Assembly (NCBI GenBank): GCA_965205015.1
Contig: OZ242029.1
Location: 1,248,001-1,312,000 of the forward strand
From: Candidatus Poribacteria bacterium
GTDB taxonomy: Bacteria; Poribacteria; WGA-4E; WGA-3G
Length of the DNA stretch: 64,000 bases
Reading direction: 5' to 3'
Part shown: piece by piece, positions 30,160 to 40,864 of the stretch
How positions within the stretch are numbered: the first letter of the stretch is position 1
How the letters are laid out: each line of letters opens with the position of its first letter
The notes under the pieces: generated by a model
Database searches by the model: none
What the model saw: the letters and a program-made list of their open reading frames with translations, nothing else
Told to the model about the DNA's origin: nothing
Position numbers and translations under genes: made by a program

Positions 30160-31956
30160 TTATTTTTCGGTTCCACCAGAGTTCGTTGGTTGCGTGGCAT
30201 ATTTGAGAATCCCATCTGCGTCTGTGAACCGCAAATAGAGTCCCCACGACCAACCGAGATCGACTTTTTGGCACAGCACCGTGTTCCATCCTGCTTTCAG
30301 CTGGCACGGAACCGCATCCGCATCCGCCGTTGCGCCAGCGTCAATACTTTTCCGATGAATTTCAGTCCCGTTTAACCAAACGGCGATTTGGTCATCGCTT
30401 CCAATTAACATCACAGCATCGGTTGCTTTGGGCGCGTGGACGTACACCAACATGTATCCGACAGTCATTGGGGCAGGACTGAAGTCTTTGCGTAAATCAA
30501 GATAACCGTCCGCTCTTGCATTCGCCGCCTGCCAGCGGACAGGTTTTCCATCAATGCCTGTATAAGTTTTCTCCACGTCCAATCGACTGATAGACTGTAG
30601 CAGTTGGTCAATCGTAGCAACATCCGTTTTGGGAAACGGACCTAAAACCGCGTAGCGTTTCACATAAGGCGAGGCGTGTAACACTTGATAGGAATCGACA
30701 CCAATTTTATAGCCTGTGGCTTCGGCAGCCTTTCCAACAACACTGAACATAATCTGATTTTCACCGGCATTCAAGGGGGCAGTCCCGAATGAAACCAACG
30801 TCCCAGCTACCGGCTCAGCAGAATAGCAATCGTAAGGGACACCGACCGTTGTGCCGTCTACAGACAATTGGATGTGCGCATATTCGCGTCCACGCATTAA
30901 AATGGAACGAATTTCATAAACATCTCTATAGGGAACCTCAATTGGAATGGTCAGGGATCCCGTTTTCTCTACAGTTTCCGATGTGAGGGTAACATGGCTG
31001 CCCCCAATATCAATGCCTTCCGCTCGGTAACTTGCTACCTGGACTGTCGCGTTATGTGTTGTTGTCTTAGGTAATAGGTCGATTGCCGACTGGGTGCCCT
31101 TCGGTGGTAAGTTCCACTGCTTCTCATACCAAAATTGTGGGAGATAGAAGATGTCTCGCGCCTCGTTTGTTAAGACGAGATCGTAACCATCAAAACAGAC
31201 GGCTTCCCCATAAAAATTGTGAGGCAAGGTCCACGATGTCCCCTGAATCATTTGTGCTAAATTACCCGTTGTGCCGTGATATACCCAGAGCGCGTCGTAA
31301 GTACAGACAGCAAGACGCGTTCCGTCTTCAGACACTCCAGCACCCGTCACGAACTTCGCTCCCCTGAATTCGCCAACCTTTTCTAATACCTGCTTCGTAT
31401 CTGGCTTCAGCGTCGGAAATCGGTAAAGCACGGCGCGTTCTCGCTCTTTAGAGACGATATAGGGGATACCTTCAACAATAAAGAGTCCTTCAGCATCTAC
31501 ATTTTCATTGGGGTATCGATACGGGTAACTTGCGATAACCTCCGCCTCCGTTTCAACGAACGGGTCTGGCTCTGCGATGACAACGACCTTTAGATCGAAT
31601 CGCAACCTGCTGTTATTCCCGATCTCACCGATCCAGAGTTGATTTTTGTCATCAATCCCGAGTGCTTCCCAATCGAAGTTCCGGGAACCGTTGATTTCGA
31701 TCTTTTGGATTAATTCGCCGTTGTGTTTCGTGGCGTAGAGTGCCGCGGGGTTGCCTGAGTCGTTGAGGGTCCAATAAACGCCTTCAAACTGTCGACTTGC
31801 GACGATGCCGGAACTCTCTTGGATATCGGGATGTGTGTAGTGTCCTGTGGGTTGCCACGGGGGTGTGTCAATTGCGTCTTGGGGGGCTGCCGCTACAGCG
31901 GTGCAAAATCCGAGGGTTATCGCGAAAATCAGTAGAAGGGACGGTAATTTCATCAA
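30160..31956 (-). CDS. Secreted hypothetical protein (beta-propeller-like N-domain plus beta-sandwich/PA14-like C-domains)
   Basis: Signal peptide; ESSG, WTLNDSGN, DWE, GEIGNN, DAEG motifs; GSDD..AVWLNG...LKAGWN at the C-terminus. Confidence 0.65.
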   Translation of the reverse strand: MMKLPSLLLIFAITLGFCTAVAAAPQDAIDTPPWQPTGHYTHPDIQESSGIVASRQFEGVYWTLNDSGNPAALYATKHNGELIQKIEINGSRNFDWEALGIDDKNQLWIGEIGNNSRLRFDLKVVVIAEPDPFVETEAEVIASYPYRYPNENVDAEGLFIVEGIPYIVSKERERAVLYRFPTLKPDTKQVLEKVGEFRGAKFVTGAGVSEDGTRLAVCTYDALWVYHGTTGNLAQMIQGTSWTLPHNFYGEAVCFDGYDLVLTNEARDIFYLPQFWYEKQWNLPPKGTQSAIDLLPKTTTHNATVQVASYRAEGIDIGGSHVTLTSETVEKTGSLTIPIEVPYRDVYEIRSILMRGREYAHIQLSVDGTTVGVPYDCYSAEPVAGTLVSFGTAPLNAGENQIMFSVVGKAAEATGYKIGVDSYQVLHASPYVKRYAVLGPFPKTDVATIDQLLQSISRLDVEKTYTGIDGKPVRWQAANARADGYLDLRKDFSPAPMTVGYMLVYVHAPKATDAVMLIGSDDQIAVWLNGTEIHRKSIDAGATADADAVPCQLKAGWNTVLCQKVDLGWSWGLYLRFTDADGILKYATQPTNSGGTEK

Positions 31957-32129
31957 AATGTTCTCCTTTGATATACATTTTATAGTTTTTGTGGTGAGAA
32001 ATCAAGTAGGTTTTTTACTGTACTCAGGGTCATTTATGGTATAAGACGCTTCGCTGCTGAAACCGTAAGTTGGGTTGAACAAAACATAAAATATTAAACT
32101 CACTTCACACAGCAACCTTCAAAAAAATA

Positions 32130-32158
32130 TGGACAAACCTGATATTTTGTGGTATCAT
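32130..32158 (+). promoter_or_regulatory. Sigma70-type promoter of rpsT
   Basis: TGGACA-17nt-TATCAT. Confidence 0.5.
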
Positions 32159-32302
32159 TAAGTACATATATTTATATTAACTGTCAACCATCGGAAACCG
32201 TCAGGGGTCAGCAAGAGGACTTTGGTTTATCAGAAAACCCCTTTACTGACCATCAAAAGCCGATACCTATAAAAACTGACAACCTATAAGGGAGTATGAG
32301 TT

Positions 32303-32575
32303 TTGCATCGACGATCTGCCAAGAAACACGCACGTGCGGATACAGCGAAACGGACACGCAACCGACACCGTAAAGCGACCCTGCGGACAGTACTGAAACA
32401 AACAGAAACAGCCCTTACGGAAGGGAACGTGGAAACAGCACAGGAATTGTGCCGAACCATGGCAAGCCTTTTAGATAGGGCTGCCAGTAAAGGTGTTATC
32501 AAAAAAGGGACAGCGAACCGTCAAAAATCTCGACTCACTCGCAAATTGCATGCCCTCACTGCAGAAGCAGCGTAA
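32303..32575 (+). CDS. rpsT: 30S ribosomal protein S20
   Basis: SAKK..R....R..RN..RK..LRT..K; LDRAASKGVIKKGTANRQKSRL; TTG start with GGAG RBS. Confidence 0.93.
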   Translation: MHRRSAKKHARADTAKRTRNRHRKATLRTVLKQTETALTEGNVETAQELCRTMASLLDRAASKGVIKKGTANRQKSRLTRKLHALTAEAA

Positions 32576-32668
32576 TTTCGGTTTTCTGTTAGACGAATTG
32601 CTGTCAAAGCAAAGGAGACTCGCGAGGCATCGGGACAGCGAACCCGAAACCTCGTGTTATTGCGAGAT

Positions 32669-34144
32669 ATGAACGCGCGCAGCGTCGCCTTAGAATGTCT
32701 GTTGACCCTCTCTCACAGCAGCGCGTCAATAGCATCCGTTGTTGACAAGGCATTCAGACGGTACGCAATTGACGGGCGGGAACGCCGATTGGTAAACGGG
32801 CTCGTCTACGGCGTCGTTCGGTGGCAGAAGCAACTGGACTGGGTGCTCGATCAGTTTATCAATCCCAAATTTCAGTTAGACGCGAGGCATCGTAATATCC
32901 TACGACTCGGTGCGTTCCAACTGCTACATCTCGATGGGATACCTGCACACGCAGCGATCTTTGAAACCGTCCAACTCGCCACTTCGTCCCCACGCAAATC
33001 TTCAGGGAGACGGAAGACCGCGGGGTTTATCAATGCAGTACTCCGCTCCATCCAACGCGAAGGCACAAGAGCCACCTATCCACCACTCGATACAAACCCA
33101 ACTGAACACATCGCGTTCTCACTGTCCTATCCAACCTGGTTAGTAAAGCGATGGCTTCAAACACGCGGCGTTTCGTGGACGCTGGCGTTCTGTCGTGCAA
33201 GCAACCAAATCGCACCGCTCGCGTTCCGTGTCAATACCCACCTGACACGACGCGAAGAGGTTTGCCAATTTTTGGAAACGAAAGGTTTATCGGCGTCCCT
33301 TTCCAAAATCGCACCCGACGGGATAGCAGTTGAAAATGGCTATCGGAAACCATCAGTCGTCGGCAGTCAGGAAGAGGGTTCTGATACACAGATGGCGTCT
33401 CTTTCCGATAGCCGACAATCGAAGGAAACCGATGGCTGTTCCGCCCCTTTCGGCACCGCTGGTGAACTGACCCTGAAGGATATCCTTAACCGAAATAACC
33501 TCTATGTTCAAGACGAGAGTGCCATGTTAGTGGCACATCTACTCTCACCGGAGGATGCAGGATTTATAGTAGACCTGTGCGCCGCCCCGGGTGGGAAAAC
33601 GACGCATTTGGCGCATCTCATGAGGAATACCGGAAAAATTATCGCCGTGGATGCCTCAGCCAAAAAAATAGCGTTGTTGCAAAAGAACTGCCGACGCCTG
33701 GATGTACACAACGTTGAGACCCGTGTAATGGATGCAACGAAAGCCGACTTGGCGTTTATCAAAACAGCGGATGCTGTGCTTATCGATGCCCCGTGTTCAG
33801 GATTTGGAACGCTGCGGCGGCATCCTGACATCCGATGGAACAAAACGCGCGAGCAGGTTCGCGCCCTCAGCGAGATACAATACAACCTGCTGAAGAACGC
33901 AGCACCACACATCAAACCGGGAGGCATTCTCGTCTATAGTACATGTAGTATAGAACCGATGGAAAACGAGGAAGTCATCCAACGATTTTTGGCAGATTTT
34001 CCGATGTATACAGTGGAAAACGCCCGACGTTTCCTGCCGGACGTTCCGCCGAGTGCGATAACACCACAAGGCTTTGTCCAGACGTTTCCACATGAACACG
34101 GGGTTGATGGAGCGTTCGCGGCACGTCTCCGAAAAGAAGTTTAG
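32669..34144 (+). CDS. rsmB: 16S rRNA m5C967 methyltransferase (NusB-like + SAM domain), with a repeat-derived insertion
   Basis: LVYGVVRW, LRLGAFQL, GFINAVLR, VQDESA, DLCAAPGGKT, DAPCSGFG, YSTCS. Confidence 0.93.
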   Translation: MNARSVALECLLTLSHSSASIASVVDKAFRRYAIDGRERRLVNGLVYGVVRWQKQLDWVLDQFINPKFQLDARHRNILRLGAFQLLHLDGIPAHAAIFETVQLATSSPRKSSGRRKTAGFINAVLRSIQREGTRATYPPLDTNPTEHIAFSLSYPTWLVKRWLQTRGVSWTLAFCRASNQIAPLAFRVNTHLTRREEVCQFLETKGLSASLSKIAPDGIAVENGYRKPSVVGSQEEGSDTQMASLSDSRQSKETDGCSAPFGTAGELTLKDILNRNNLYVQDESAMLVAHLLSPEDAGFIVDLCAAPGGKTTHLAHLMRNTGKIIAVDASAKKIALLQKNCRRLDVHNVETRVMDATKADLAFIKTADAVLIDAPCSGFGTLRRHPDIRWNKTREQVRALSEIQYNLLKNAAPHIKPGGILVYSTCSIEPMENEEVIQRFLADFPMYTVENARRFLPDVPPSAITPQGFVQTFPHEHGVDGAFAARLRKEV

Positions 34145-34148
34145 AAGT

Positions 34149-34814
34149 ATGCGAAACCCGCCTGACCGAACCGCAAGGAAAATTAAAAAAGTCGATTTCA
34201 GGTTGTATGCCATTACTGATAGACACCAGTGTGCGCCCACGCCATTGGTCGATGTTGTCTCGGAACTACTGGACACAGGCGTCACCGCTTTCCAATTACG
34301 TGAGAAAGATTTAAGCGATACTGCCTTGATTAAATTGGCACAACCGATTGCAAAATTGTGTCATAATTACGAAGCAAAGCTTTTTATCAATACACATACG
34401 AGCATTGCCTGCGACGTGGGTGCCGCAGGGATTCATCTTCCAGCGAATGCAGAATCCGTAGGTTCCGTAAAGGAAACCGAGACAGACGATAATTTCTATG
34501 TTGGGTGCTCGGTGCACTCTTTTGAGGCGGCAAAAAAGCGGGAAGCAGAAAGGGCTGACTTTGTGACTTACAGTCCTATCTATCCGACAGCAAGCAAACC
34601 CGGATACGGTCCCGCTGTCGGCACAGCGCGCCTCGCTGAGGTGGTCAGAGGTGTGGAACTGCCGGTCTTCGCATTGGGAGGAATTACACCTACACGAGTA
34701 TCTGAATGTTTAACTGCCGGCGCTTTCGGGGTGGCTGTGATGTCAGGTGTTATGTCATCCAAAGGTGCACATATACAAGCGAAATGTTATCTTGACGCTT
34801 TATGCGAACATTGA
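34149..34814 (+). CDS. thiE: Thiamine-phosphate synthase (ThiE/TenI family)
   Basis: LYAITDR, QLREKD, GIHLP, SVHS, SPIYPTASKPG, ALGGI; adjacent to thiD. Could be TenI-like. Confidence 0.75.
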   Translation: MRNPPDRTARKIKKVDFRLYAITDRHQCAPTPLVDVVSELLDTGVTAFQLREKDLSDTALIKLAQPIAKLCHNYEAKLFINTHTSIACDVGAAGIHLPANAESVGSVKETETDDNFYVGCSVHSFEAAKKREAERADFVTYSPIYPTASKPGYGPAVGTARLAEVVRGVELPVFALGGITPTRVSECLTAGAFGVAVMSGVMSSKGAHIQAKCYLDALCEH

Positions 34815-34876
34815 AATTCTTCCTTAAATTGACACTGATGTATTAAAAGTAGTGAATTTAAGAGTAGGCTGAGAAT

Positions 34877-35659
34877 ATGAAACAGATTTTAACGATTGCA
34901 GGATCAGATTCAGGTGGGGGCGCGGGGATACAGGCGGACATCAAGGCGATCTCGGCGAATGGCGGCTTCGCTATGTCAGCGATTACCTCCGTTACAGCAC
35001 AGAACACAGTCGCTGTTACAGACGCTTTCGACTTGCCTATTTCGCTGATTGAAGCACAATTAGACGCTGTTTTCACGGACTTTGAGGTCGCCAGCGTCAA
35101 AACGGGGATGCTCTCCTCGTCAGCGATTGTCGAGGCGGTTGTGGGGAAATTGAGAGAATACACACCACCAGCCATTGTTGTAGACCCCGTGATGATTTCC
35201 AAAAGCAAATTTCCACTGTTAAAAGAGACGGCAATTGAAAGCCTCAAAACAGCGTTGATTCCGCTTGCGACAGTGATTACGCCTAACGTTTATGAGGCAG
35301 AACTCCTCGCGCAACAGGACATCCGAAACACAGACGATGCCAAAAGCGCTGCAAAAGCGATCGCGGCACTCGGTTGTCAGGCTGTTCTTGTCAAAGGGGG
35401 GCATCTTACTGGAAACAAGGCAACCGATGTACTTTACTACGATGGTCAATGGCGTTTTTTTGAGGCGGAACGGATCGAGACAGAAAACACGCACGGCACA
35501 GGCTGCACCTACTCAGCGGCAATTGCAACGCAACTCGCACATGGCGAAGATTTGGGGGACGCTATCAATACAGCAAAGACATATATCACTGGTGCCATCC
35601 AGCACGCCTTGGACCTCGGGCATGGACACGGTCCGACGAATCACTTCTTCCAGACGTAG
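34877..35659 (+). CDS. thiD: Hydroxymethylpyrimidine/phosphomethylpyrimidine kinase
   Basis: [44 protein letters not shown]. Confidence 0.95.
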   Translation: MKQILTIAGSDSGGGAGIQADIKAISANGGFAMSAITSVTAQNTVAVTDAFDLPISLIEAQLDAVFTDFEVASVKTGMLSSSAIVEAVVGKLREYTPPAIVVDPVMISKSKFPLLKETAIESLKTALIPLATVITPNVYEAELLAQQDIRNTDDAKSAAKAIAALGCQAVLVKGGHLTGNKATDVLYYDGQWRFFEAERIETENTHGTGCTYSAAIATQLAHGEDLGDAINTAKTYITGAIQHALDLGHGHGPTNHFFQT

Positions 35660-35682
35660 AGGCTGGGTAACCCAGCCCCTAC
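35656..35682. repeat. GTAG-family REP-like palindrome between convergent genes
   Basis: GTAGAGGCTGGGTAACCCAGCCCCTAC. Confidence 0.8.
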
Positions 35683-36059
35683 AACGGCTGTCGTCCTTCA
35701 AATCCGTCTTCAATTTCATGCCAGTAGCGGATCTCCTTTTCACCCATCCGCCAACAGAGATAGACCTCTCTACCGTTGCGGAGGTGTGGGAAATCGACTA
35801 ATCCTGGATCGAGTCCTTTCAGATGACACCCGCGTGCTTCAATCCGATCTAGAATTTCTTGAAAGCGTTCAATTGATTTGAGTAGGGCGGGTGTATGCTT
35901 ACTGCCCCCGTTGGAGGAAACCACCTCCAGAAGTGGGGTAATTTCTGCGTGGAGTGCCGAGAGTTGCGCTCTTATTGCTCTTAACAGTGAAATTTCATCA
36001 ACTAATTCGGGGATGCATTGATTTGCTTCTTCGAGTGTAAAATATCGTTTTTCCTGCAT
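35679..36059 (-). CDS. DUF2203 family protein
   Basis: FTLEEAN...KGLDPGLVDFP...EVYLCWRMGE..IRYWHEIEDGFEGRQP. Confidence 0.88.
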   Translation of the reverse strand: MQEKRYFTLEEANQCIPELVDEISLLRAIRAQLSALHAEITPLLEVVSSNGGSKHTPALLKSIERFQEILDRIEARGCHLKGLDPGLVDFPHLRNGREVYLCWRMGEKEIRYWHEIEDGFEGRQPL

Positions 36060-36249
36060 CTTTTGGTCTCCTTATGTTCGTAGTGAGAATGTGTATTAAA
36101 TTTATGCTGGCACTGCTCTAAAATTTACACTAAATTACGAGCGATGTCAAGGAGAAGTGGTTGTTAATCTTCGGTTTTCGGTTAAGAGGTTTCGTTTAAA
36201 GCCCTCTCCTTCCGATAGCGGAAAACTGGTAACCGATAGCCACTATAAA

Positions 36250-37893
36250 ATGGAAAACGAAACCAAATCTACAGAGCAACAGCATCAAAATGTCACTCGT
36301 GCAGCGGGAATTGTCAGCATTGCCGTGATGATGTCTCGGGTATTGGGTCTCGCCCGCGAAACGGCGATCGGGTACTACTTCCCTTCAAAGACTATTGCGG
36401 ACCCGTTTTATCTTGCCTTCCGCATACCGAACTTCCTACGCGATATGTTCGGCGAAGGTATTTTGAGTAAGGCGTTTATCACGACATTCCTGGCGACAGA
36501 AGCTGAAGACGGCGAAGAAGCGGCGTGGAATCTTGCGAACCGTATCTTCAATCTGACGTTCCTCGTCTTAATCGGTATCACAGGCCTCGGCATCACTTTT
36601 GCCCCCGTTATTGTTGATGTGCTGGCACGAGACGGCTTTGACAAAAGCTTAGACCCTGTTGAACACTTCGGATTTGACCGCAAGATTGAATTGGCAATTT
36701 ATCTCACGCAATTGATGTTTCCGTATCTACTGTTCGTGTCATTTGCGGCAATTGCCATGGGATTATTGAACAGCAAGGACAAATTCGGCATCCCTGCGTG
36801 TGCGTCTGCCTTCTTTAACGTGAGTTCTCTTGCTGTCGGGATAGGCGGCTACTATTTGTGTCCACTGGTAGAGATTCACCCGATAACAGGCATGGCTATG
36901 GGTGTAATCGTAGGGGGTATTGCCCAATTCTTAATTCAGGTGCCGTCTATGTACCGGGTCGGCTTTCGATACCGTCCACTGCTGAGCCTGCGAGATCCGA
37001 GAGTACTCCAAGTTGTTCACCTCATCGGACCTGCCGTGTTAGGGGTCGCGGCAGTGCAGGTGAATCTACTGACGAACACATTCTTTATTACCTCAGATTC
37101 CGGATGGTTGACGTGGATTAGCAGAGCCTATCGCGTGATGCATCTCCCGATTGGGATATTCGGCGTCGCGATTTCAACGGTGGCATTGCCACAACTCGCG
37201 AGGTTTGTAGCAGCGGGGGAGACAGAGAATTTCCGCAACGCACTTTCGTATGCCCTTCGCTTAATGCTTGCCCTGACCATTCCCGCTGGAATTGGACTCA
37301 TGGTCCTCTCAGAACCGATCTGCCGTTTGCTTTACGAATGGGGTGTAACCGTCGAAGAAGACACACTCGAAACAGCAGGACTTCTGTTCGTTTATGCGTT
37401 CGGATTGTGCGGGTTCTCAACGCTGAAAATTGTCACAGATGGTTTTTACGCCTACAGAGATATTCGCGCCCCGGTTATTGTTAGTATCTGTGCCGTTGTG
37501 CTCAATATCTGCCTCAACTATCTGTTTATCTATCGTGGACTCTTCTTGGACCCGCGCGCTGTGGTATTTTCAACAGTCTTGACCGTGACGTTGAACTGTG
37601 CCGTTTTATTGCGACTGCTCCGCCGCAAAGTTGGACGATTGGGACTCCGATCATCCCTCCCATTAATGCTTAAAATCCTGATCGCTTCAGCAGTCATGGG
37701 GTTTGTTTGTTGGGTGACAAACGGTGTCATTGAAGACGACTGGCTCGGAACGGTCGGTATCATCCCACGTGCTACTGGCGTGTTTGTACCGATAGGCGTG
37801 AGTCTGTTGATACTTGCGGCAATGTATAAGCTTTTGAAAGTCTCGGAATTTGACGGTATTTTGAACATATTCAAGCAGCGATTTGGAAATTAA
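36250..37893 (+). CDS. murJ: Lipid II flippase MurJ
   Basis: [24 protein letters not shown], ~14 TM helices, [15 protein letters not shown]. Start MENET at 36250. Confidence 0.93.
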   Translation: MENETKSTEQQHQNVTRAAGIVSIAVMMSRVLGLARETAIGYYFPSKTIADPFYLAFRIPNFLRDMFGEGILSKAFITTFLATEAEDGEEAAWNLANRIFNLTFLVLIGITGLGITFAPVIVDVLARDGFDKSLDPVEHFGFDRKIELAIYLTQLMFPYLLFVSFAAIAMGLLNSKDKFGIPACASAFFNVSSLAVGIGGYYLCPLVEIHPITGMAMGVIVGGIAQFLIQVPSMYRVGFRYRPLLSLRDPRVLQVVHLIGPAVLGVAAVQVNLLTNTFFITSDSGWLTWISRAYRVMHLPIGIFGVAISTVALPQLARFVAAGETENFRNALSYALRLMLALTIPAGIGLMVLSEPICRLLYEWGVTVEEDTLETAGLLFVYAFGLCGFSTLKIVTDGFYAYRDIRAPVIVSICAVVLNICLNYLFIYRGLFLDPRAVVFSTVLTVTLNCAVLLRLLRRKVGRLGLRSSLPLMLKILIASAVMGFVCWVTNGVIEDDWLGTVGIIPRATGVFVPIGVSLLILAAMYKLLKVSEFDGILNIFKQRFGN

Positions 37894-37916
37894 TCAGTTT
37901 TTCACAGGAGGACGTC

Positions 37917-38696
37917 TTGCTAACGAAAAGAATAATTCCATGTTTAGATGTACGCGCGGGGAAGGTCACCAAAGGCATCGCTTTCAAAGGCAATGTCGAT
38001 GTCGGGGATCCAGTCGAGATGGCACGATTTTACTACGAAGGCGGTGCCGATGAACTCGTCTTTTACGACATCACAGCGAGCAATGAGCGACGTGATATAA
38101 TGATTGATGTCGTCTCTGCAGTCGCCGCCGAAATTTTTATCCCATTCTCTGTCGGCGGTGGATTGCGCACACTTGAGGATATGCGCCGCGTCCTGCTCGC
38201 AGGGGCAGAGAAGGTGAGTATAGACTCTGGTGCCGTGCGGAACCCTGAACTCATTGCGGAGGGTGCACGAGCGTTCGGGAGTCAATGCGTCGTATTGAGC
38301 ATGCAGGTGAAACGGGTCCCGAAAAGCGAACAGATCCCAAGCGGTTATGAAATTTACATAGACGGCGGGAGAACACCCGTCGGTTGGGATGCCTTGGAAT
38401 GGTCTGCGCGTGGGATCGATTTAGGTGCAGGCGAAATTGTCGTCAATAGCATCGATGCTGATGGCACGAAAGCCGGGTATGAACTCGAATTGACGGGTGC
38501 GATCGCTGATCTGGTGCCGGTGCCAGTAATCGCCTCCGGGGGGGCAGGAAACCCACAGCACCTACGAGATGTCTTCGTTGAGAGCAACGCCGATGCCGCG
38601 ATTGTCGCCTCTATTACACACTACGGCGAATTCACCATTGAGAACATCAAAACCTATCTGATGGACGAAGGTGTGAGCGTCCGAGATACATGGTAG
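37917..38696 (+). CDS. hisF: Imidazole glycerol phosphate synthase cyclase subunit
   Basis: [46 protein letters not shown]. Confidence 0.95.
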   Translation: MLTKRIIPCLDVRAGKVTKGIAFKGNVDVGDPVEMARFYYEGGADELVFYDITASNERRDIMIDVVSAVAAEIFIPFSVGGGLRTLEDMRRVLLAGAEKVSIDSGAVRNPELIAEGARAFGSQCVVLSMQVKRVPKSEQIPSGYEIYIDGGRTPVGWDALEWSARGIDLGAGEIVVNSIDADGTKAGYELELTGAIADLVPVPVIASGGAGNPQHLRDVFVESNADAAIVASITHYGEFTIENIKTYLMDEGVSVRDTW

Positions 38697-38735
38697 GATT
38701 GGTTATCAACTGACACCTATTAAAATGGAGGAGAT

Positions 38736-39638
38736 ATGGTGCCTAAATTACCTGATTCAAGAAATGAAAACATTTTAATCCACGTTAACGGTGAACTGTT
38801 ACCCCGCGAAGACGCGAAGATCTCCGTCTTCGATAGCCTCGTCCAAGGCGGGGACGGTGTATGGGAAGGCTTGCGTGTCTATAACGGAAAGATATTCGCA
38901 CTGGACCCACATCTGGATCGACTCATAGATTCCGCACACGCCATGGCGTTCGCTGGCATTCCGACGCGCGATGCGATCAAACAAGCGATCTTTGAAACGC
39001 TCGCCGCCAACGGCATGCGGGACGGTGTTCACATCCGTCTAACGCTGAGTCGCGGGAAAAAGGTCACCTCCAGTATGGACGCACGCGTTAATCAATACGG
39101 GACCACCCTAATTGTGCTTGCGGAGTGGAAGCCGCCCATCTACGCCAAGAGCGGTATCCGATTAATCACCTCAGCGATCCGACGGAATCCGCCGCAGTGC
39201 GTTGACTCTAAGATCCATCACAACAACCTGATTAATAACATCCTCGCCAAAATTGAGGCGAACGTCGCTGGTGTGGACGATGCGATTATGCTCGATATCC
39301 ACGGATACGTCTCGGAGACGAACGCCACGAATATGTTTCTCATAAAGCGTGGGCATGTGTTGACACCACACGCCGATAGCTGCCTACCGGGGATTACACG
39401 CGGTATGGTCATCCAAATCGCTCGCGACGCGGGTATCCCACTAACGGAACGAAATGTTTCATTGACCGAGGTTTACACCGCGGACGAGGTTTTCACGACC
39501 GGCACTGTGGGTGAATTGAGTCCTGTTTTAGAGGTCGATGGCAGAAAAATTGGCGACGAAGGTATCCGTCCCATAACGACTCGCCTACAGGAACTTTACG
39601 CAGAATTGACTGCCAACGAAGGTGAACCGCTGCCATAG
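38736..39638 (+). CDS. Class IV aminotransferase (branched-chain amino acid aminotransferase-like)
   Basis: GDGVWEGLR, HLDRL, KIHHNNL, ETNATN, LPGITR, ADEVFTTGT. Confidence 0.9.
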   Translation: MVPKLPDSRNENILIHVNGELLPREDAKISVFDSLVQGGDGVWEGLRVYNGKIFALDPHLDRLIDSAHAMAFAGIPTRDAIKQAIFETLAANGMRDGVHIRLTLSRGKKVTSSMDARVNQYGTTLIVLAEWKPPIYAKSGIRLITSAIRRNPPQCVDSKIHHNNLINNILAKIEANVAGVDDAIMLDIHGYVSETNATNMFLIKRGHVLTPHADSCLPGITRGMVIQIARDAGIPLTERNVSLTEVYTADEVFTTGTVGELSPVLEVDGRKIGDEGIRPITTRLQELYAELTANEGEPLP

Positions 39639-39874
39639 AACAATATTTTGAAATAAGTCATAAAACGCGCCAGGATCGAATCTCGTTTGTGTGTCCCCCA
39701 TCAGGCATGAGCGCGGGAGGTGCGATCTCGGCGAATTCGAGTCGCAGTATCCGTTTGTTGATTTTCTGATGAAGGGGTTTGTGAAGTGCATACGCTTATT
39801 TAGACCACAATTTCGCAAAGTTAAGACAAGTGTTGTTGTTCAAATTCAAGAGGTGTCAAATACCCTAACGCCGA

Positions 39875-40372
39875 TTAAGCTGACTCAAAAATTGTGGTTG
39901 TGGATCGGAATTTGAGAGAATCTTTCGTCTCAATTTCAGTGATGACTTGTCTCACATCAGACTCTGTCAAAATTTTTAACTCCCAGAGTGCTCGTAGAAT
40001 TTCATCCAGATTGGTGCAACGAATACCGTTTGCTTGACAATGGTGCATCACTCGGCGTTCGTTGCTCGCCAAAAATGCTGTGAGACGTTTACATATTGCC
40101 ATAGATTCACGTTCACCAGCACCTAATGTATCTGGCAAAGACGACATAAATTCTTGGTCTGCAGTTGTTAGATGATGCGTCTGAAGCAGTTTTTGTGTTT
40201 GCAATTCCATGAGGGCATTGGCAAAAGGGAATCCCTTTGAAACACCAACAGCGATTTCATTTTCTACGGCAGCGGCAATGTTAAGTATATCTTGCTCAAA
40301 AACTGCGAACAATAATGGTAAACGCTGAATCTTGGAAAAAATTGAAAGGATATCAGTATCCACAAAGACCAA
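39875..40372 (-). CDS. PIN-domain (DUF3368-like) putative toxin
   Basis: VDTDIL, LGAGERESMA, ASNERR; directly downstream of a UPF0175 gene. Confidence 0.75.
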   Translation of the reverse strand: MVFVDTDILSIFSKIQRLPLLFAVFEQDILNIAAAVENEIAVGVSKGFPFANALMELQTQKLLQTHHLTTADQEFMSSLPDTLGAGERESMAICKRLTAFLASNERRVMHHCQANGIRCTNLDEILRALWELKILTESDVRQVITEIETKDSLKFRSTTTIFESA

Positions 40373-40378
40373 AGTCGA

Positions 40379-40744
40379 CTATTCCTCTGTTTTACTGTTT
40401 TCTCTGTGAAGACTTTTGATGAGCGAAACGCCCGCCTTTAGTTTTTCTACCGATCCAACCTCAACGATTTTCAAGATGCCTTTCGCTTTTAAAACCTCTT
40501 CAAATTCAAAACGGTGCATCCCAGCCAGTTCCGAAGCTCTCCCAAGTGTCACTTCCCCTGCTTGATAGAGCTGGATTGAAGCATCAAGACGAGATTTCTT
40601 TTTATTTTGGACGAGTCTTTCAAGAGCATCAATGATCAAGGTATGGGAATCAGGATAAAGTCCAGCACAAATCAGAGCATTAACCTCTTTCTCAAGAGTG
40701 GGTGAGTGAATTTTAATCTGTAGCATTCGGATAACCTCCTCCAT
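40379..40744 (-). CDS. UPF0175-family putative antitoxin
   Basis: LYQAGEVTLGRASELAGMHRFEFEEVLKAKGI. Confidence 0.8.
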   Translation of the reverse strand: MEEVIRMLQIKIHSPTLEKEVNALICAGLYPDSHTLIIDALERLVQNKKKSRLDASIQLYQAGEVTLGRASELAGMHRFEFEEVLKAKGILKIVEVGSVEKLKAGVSLIKSLHRENSKTEE

Positions 40745-40864
40745 TGCTGTTCCCTTGTTGGTAGGTTTCGAGTTTACTTATCGTAAAGTATACACGAAAA
40801 ATTTTGAAAAAACAAGGGATTCAGATTCCTAAGCAGCAGCATTCAGTTTTCCGTATTACCCCAT

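Noticed and set aside
32622-32656. Hairpin after rpsT whose loop repeats 13 nt (GGGACAGCGAACC) of rpsT coding sequence
   Set aside because: Too short to exclude chance; probably just a 3' stabilising hairpin.
34074-34877. TPP riboswitch ahead of thiE/thiD
   Set aside because: thiE starts 4 nt after rsmB and no TPP aptamer consensus is visible.
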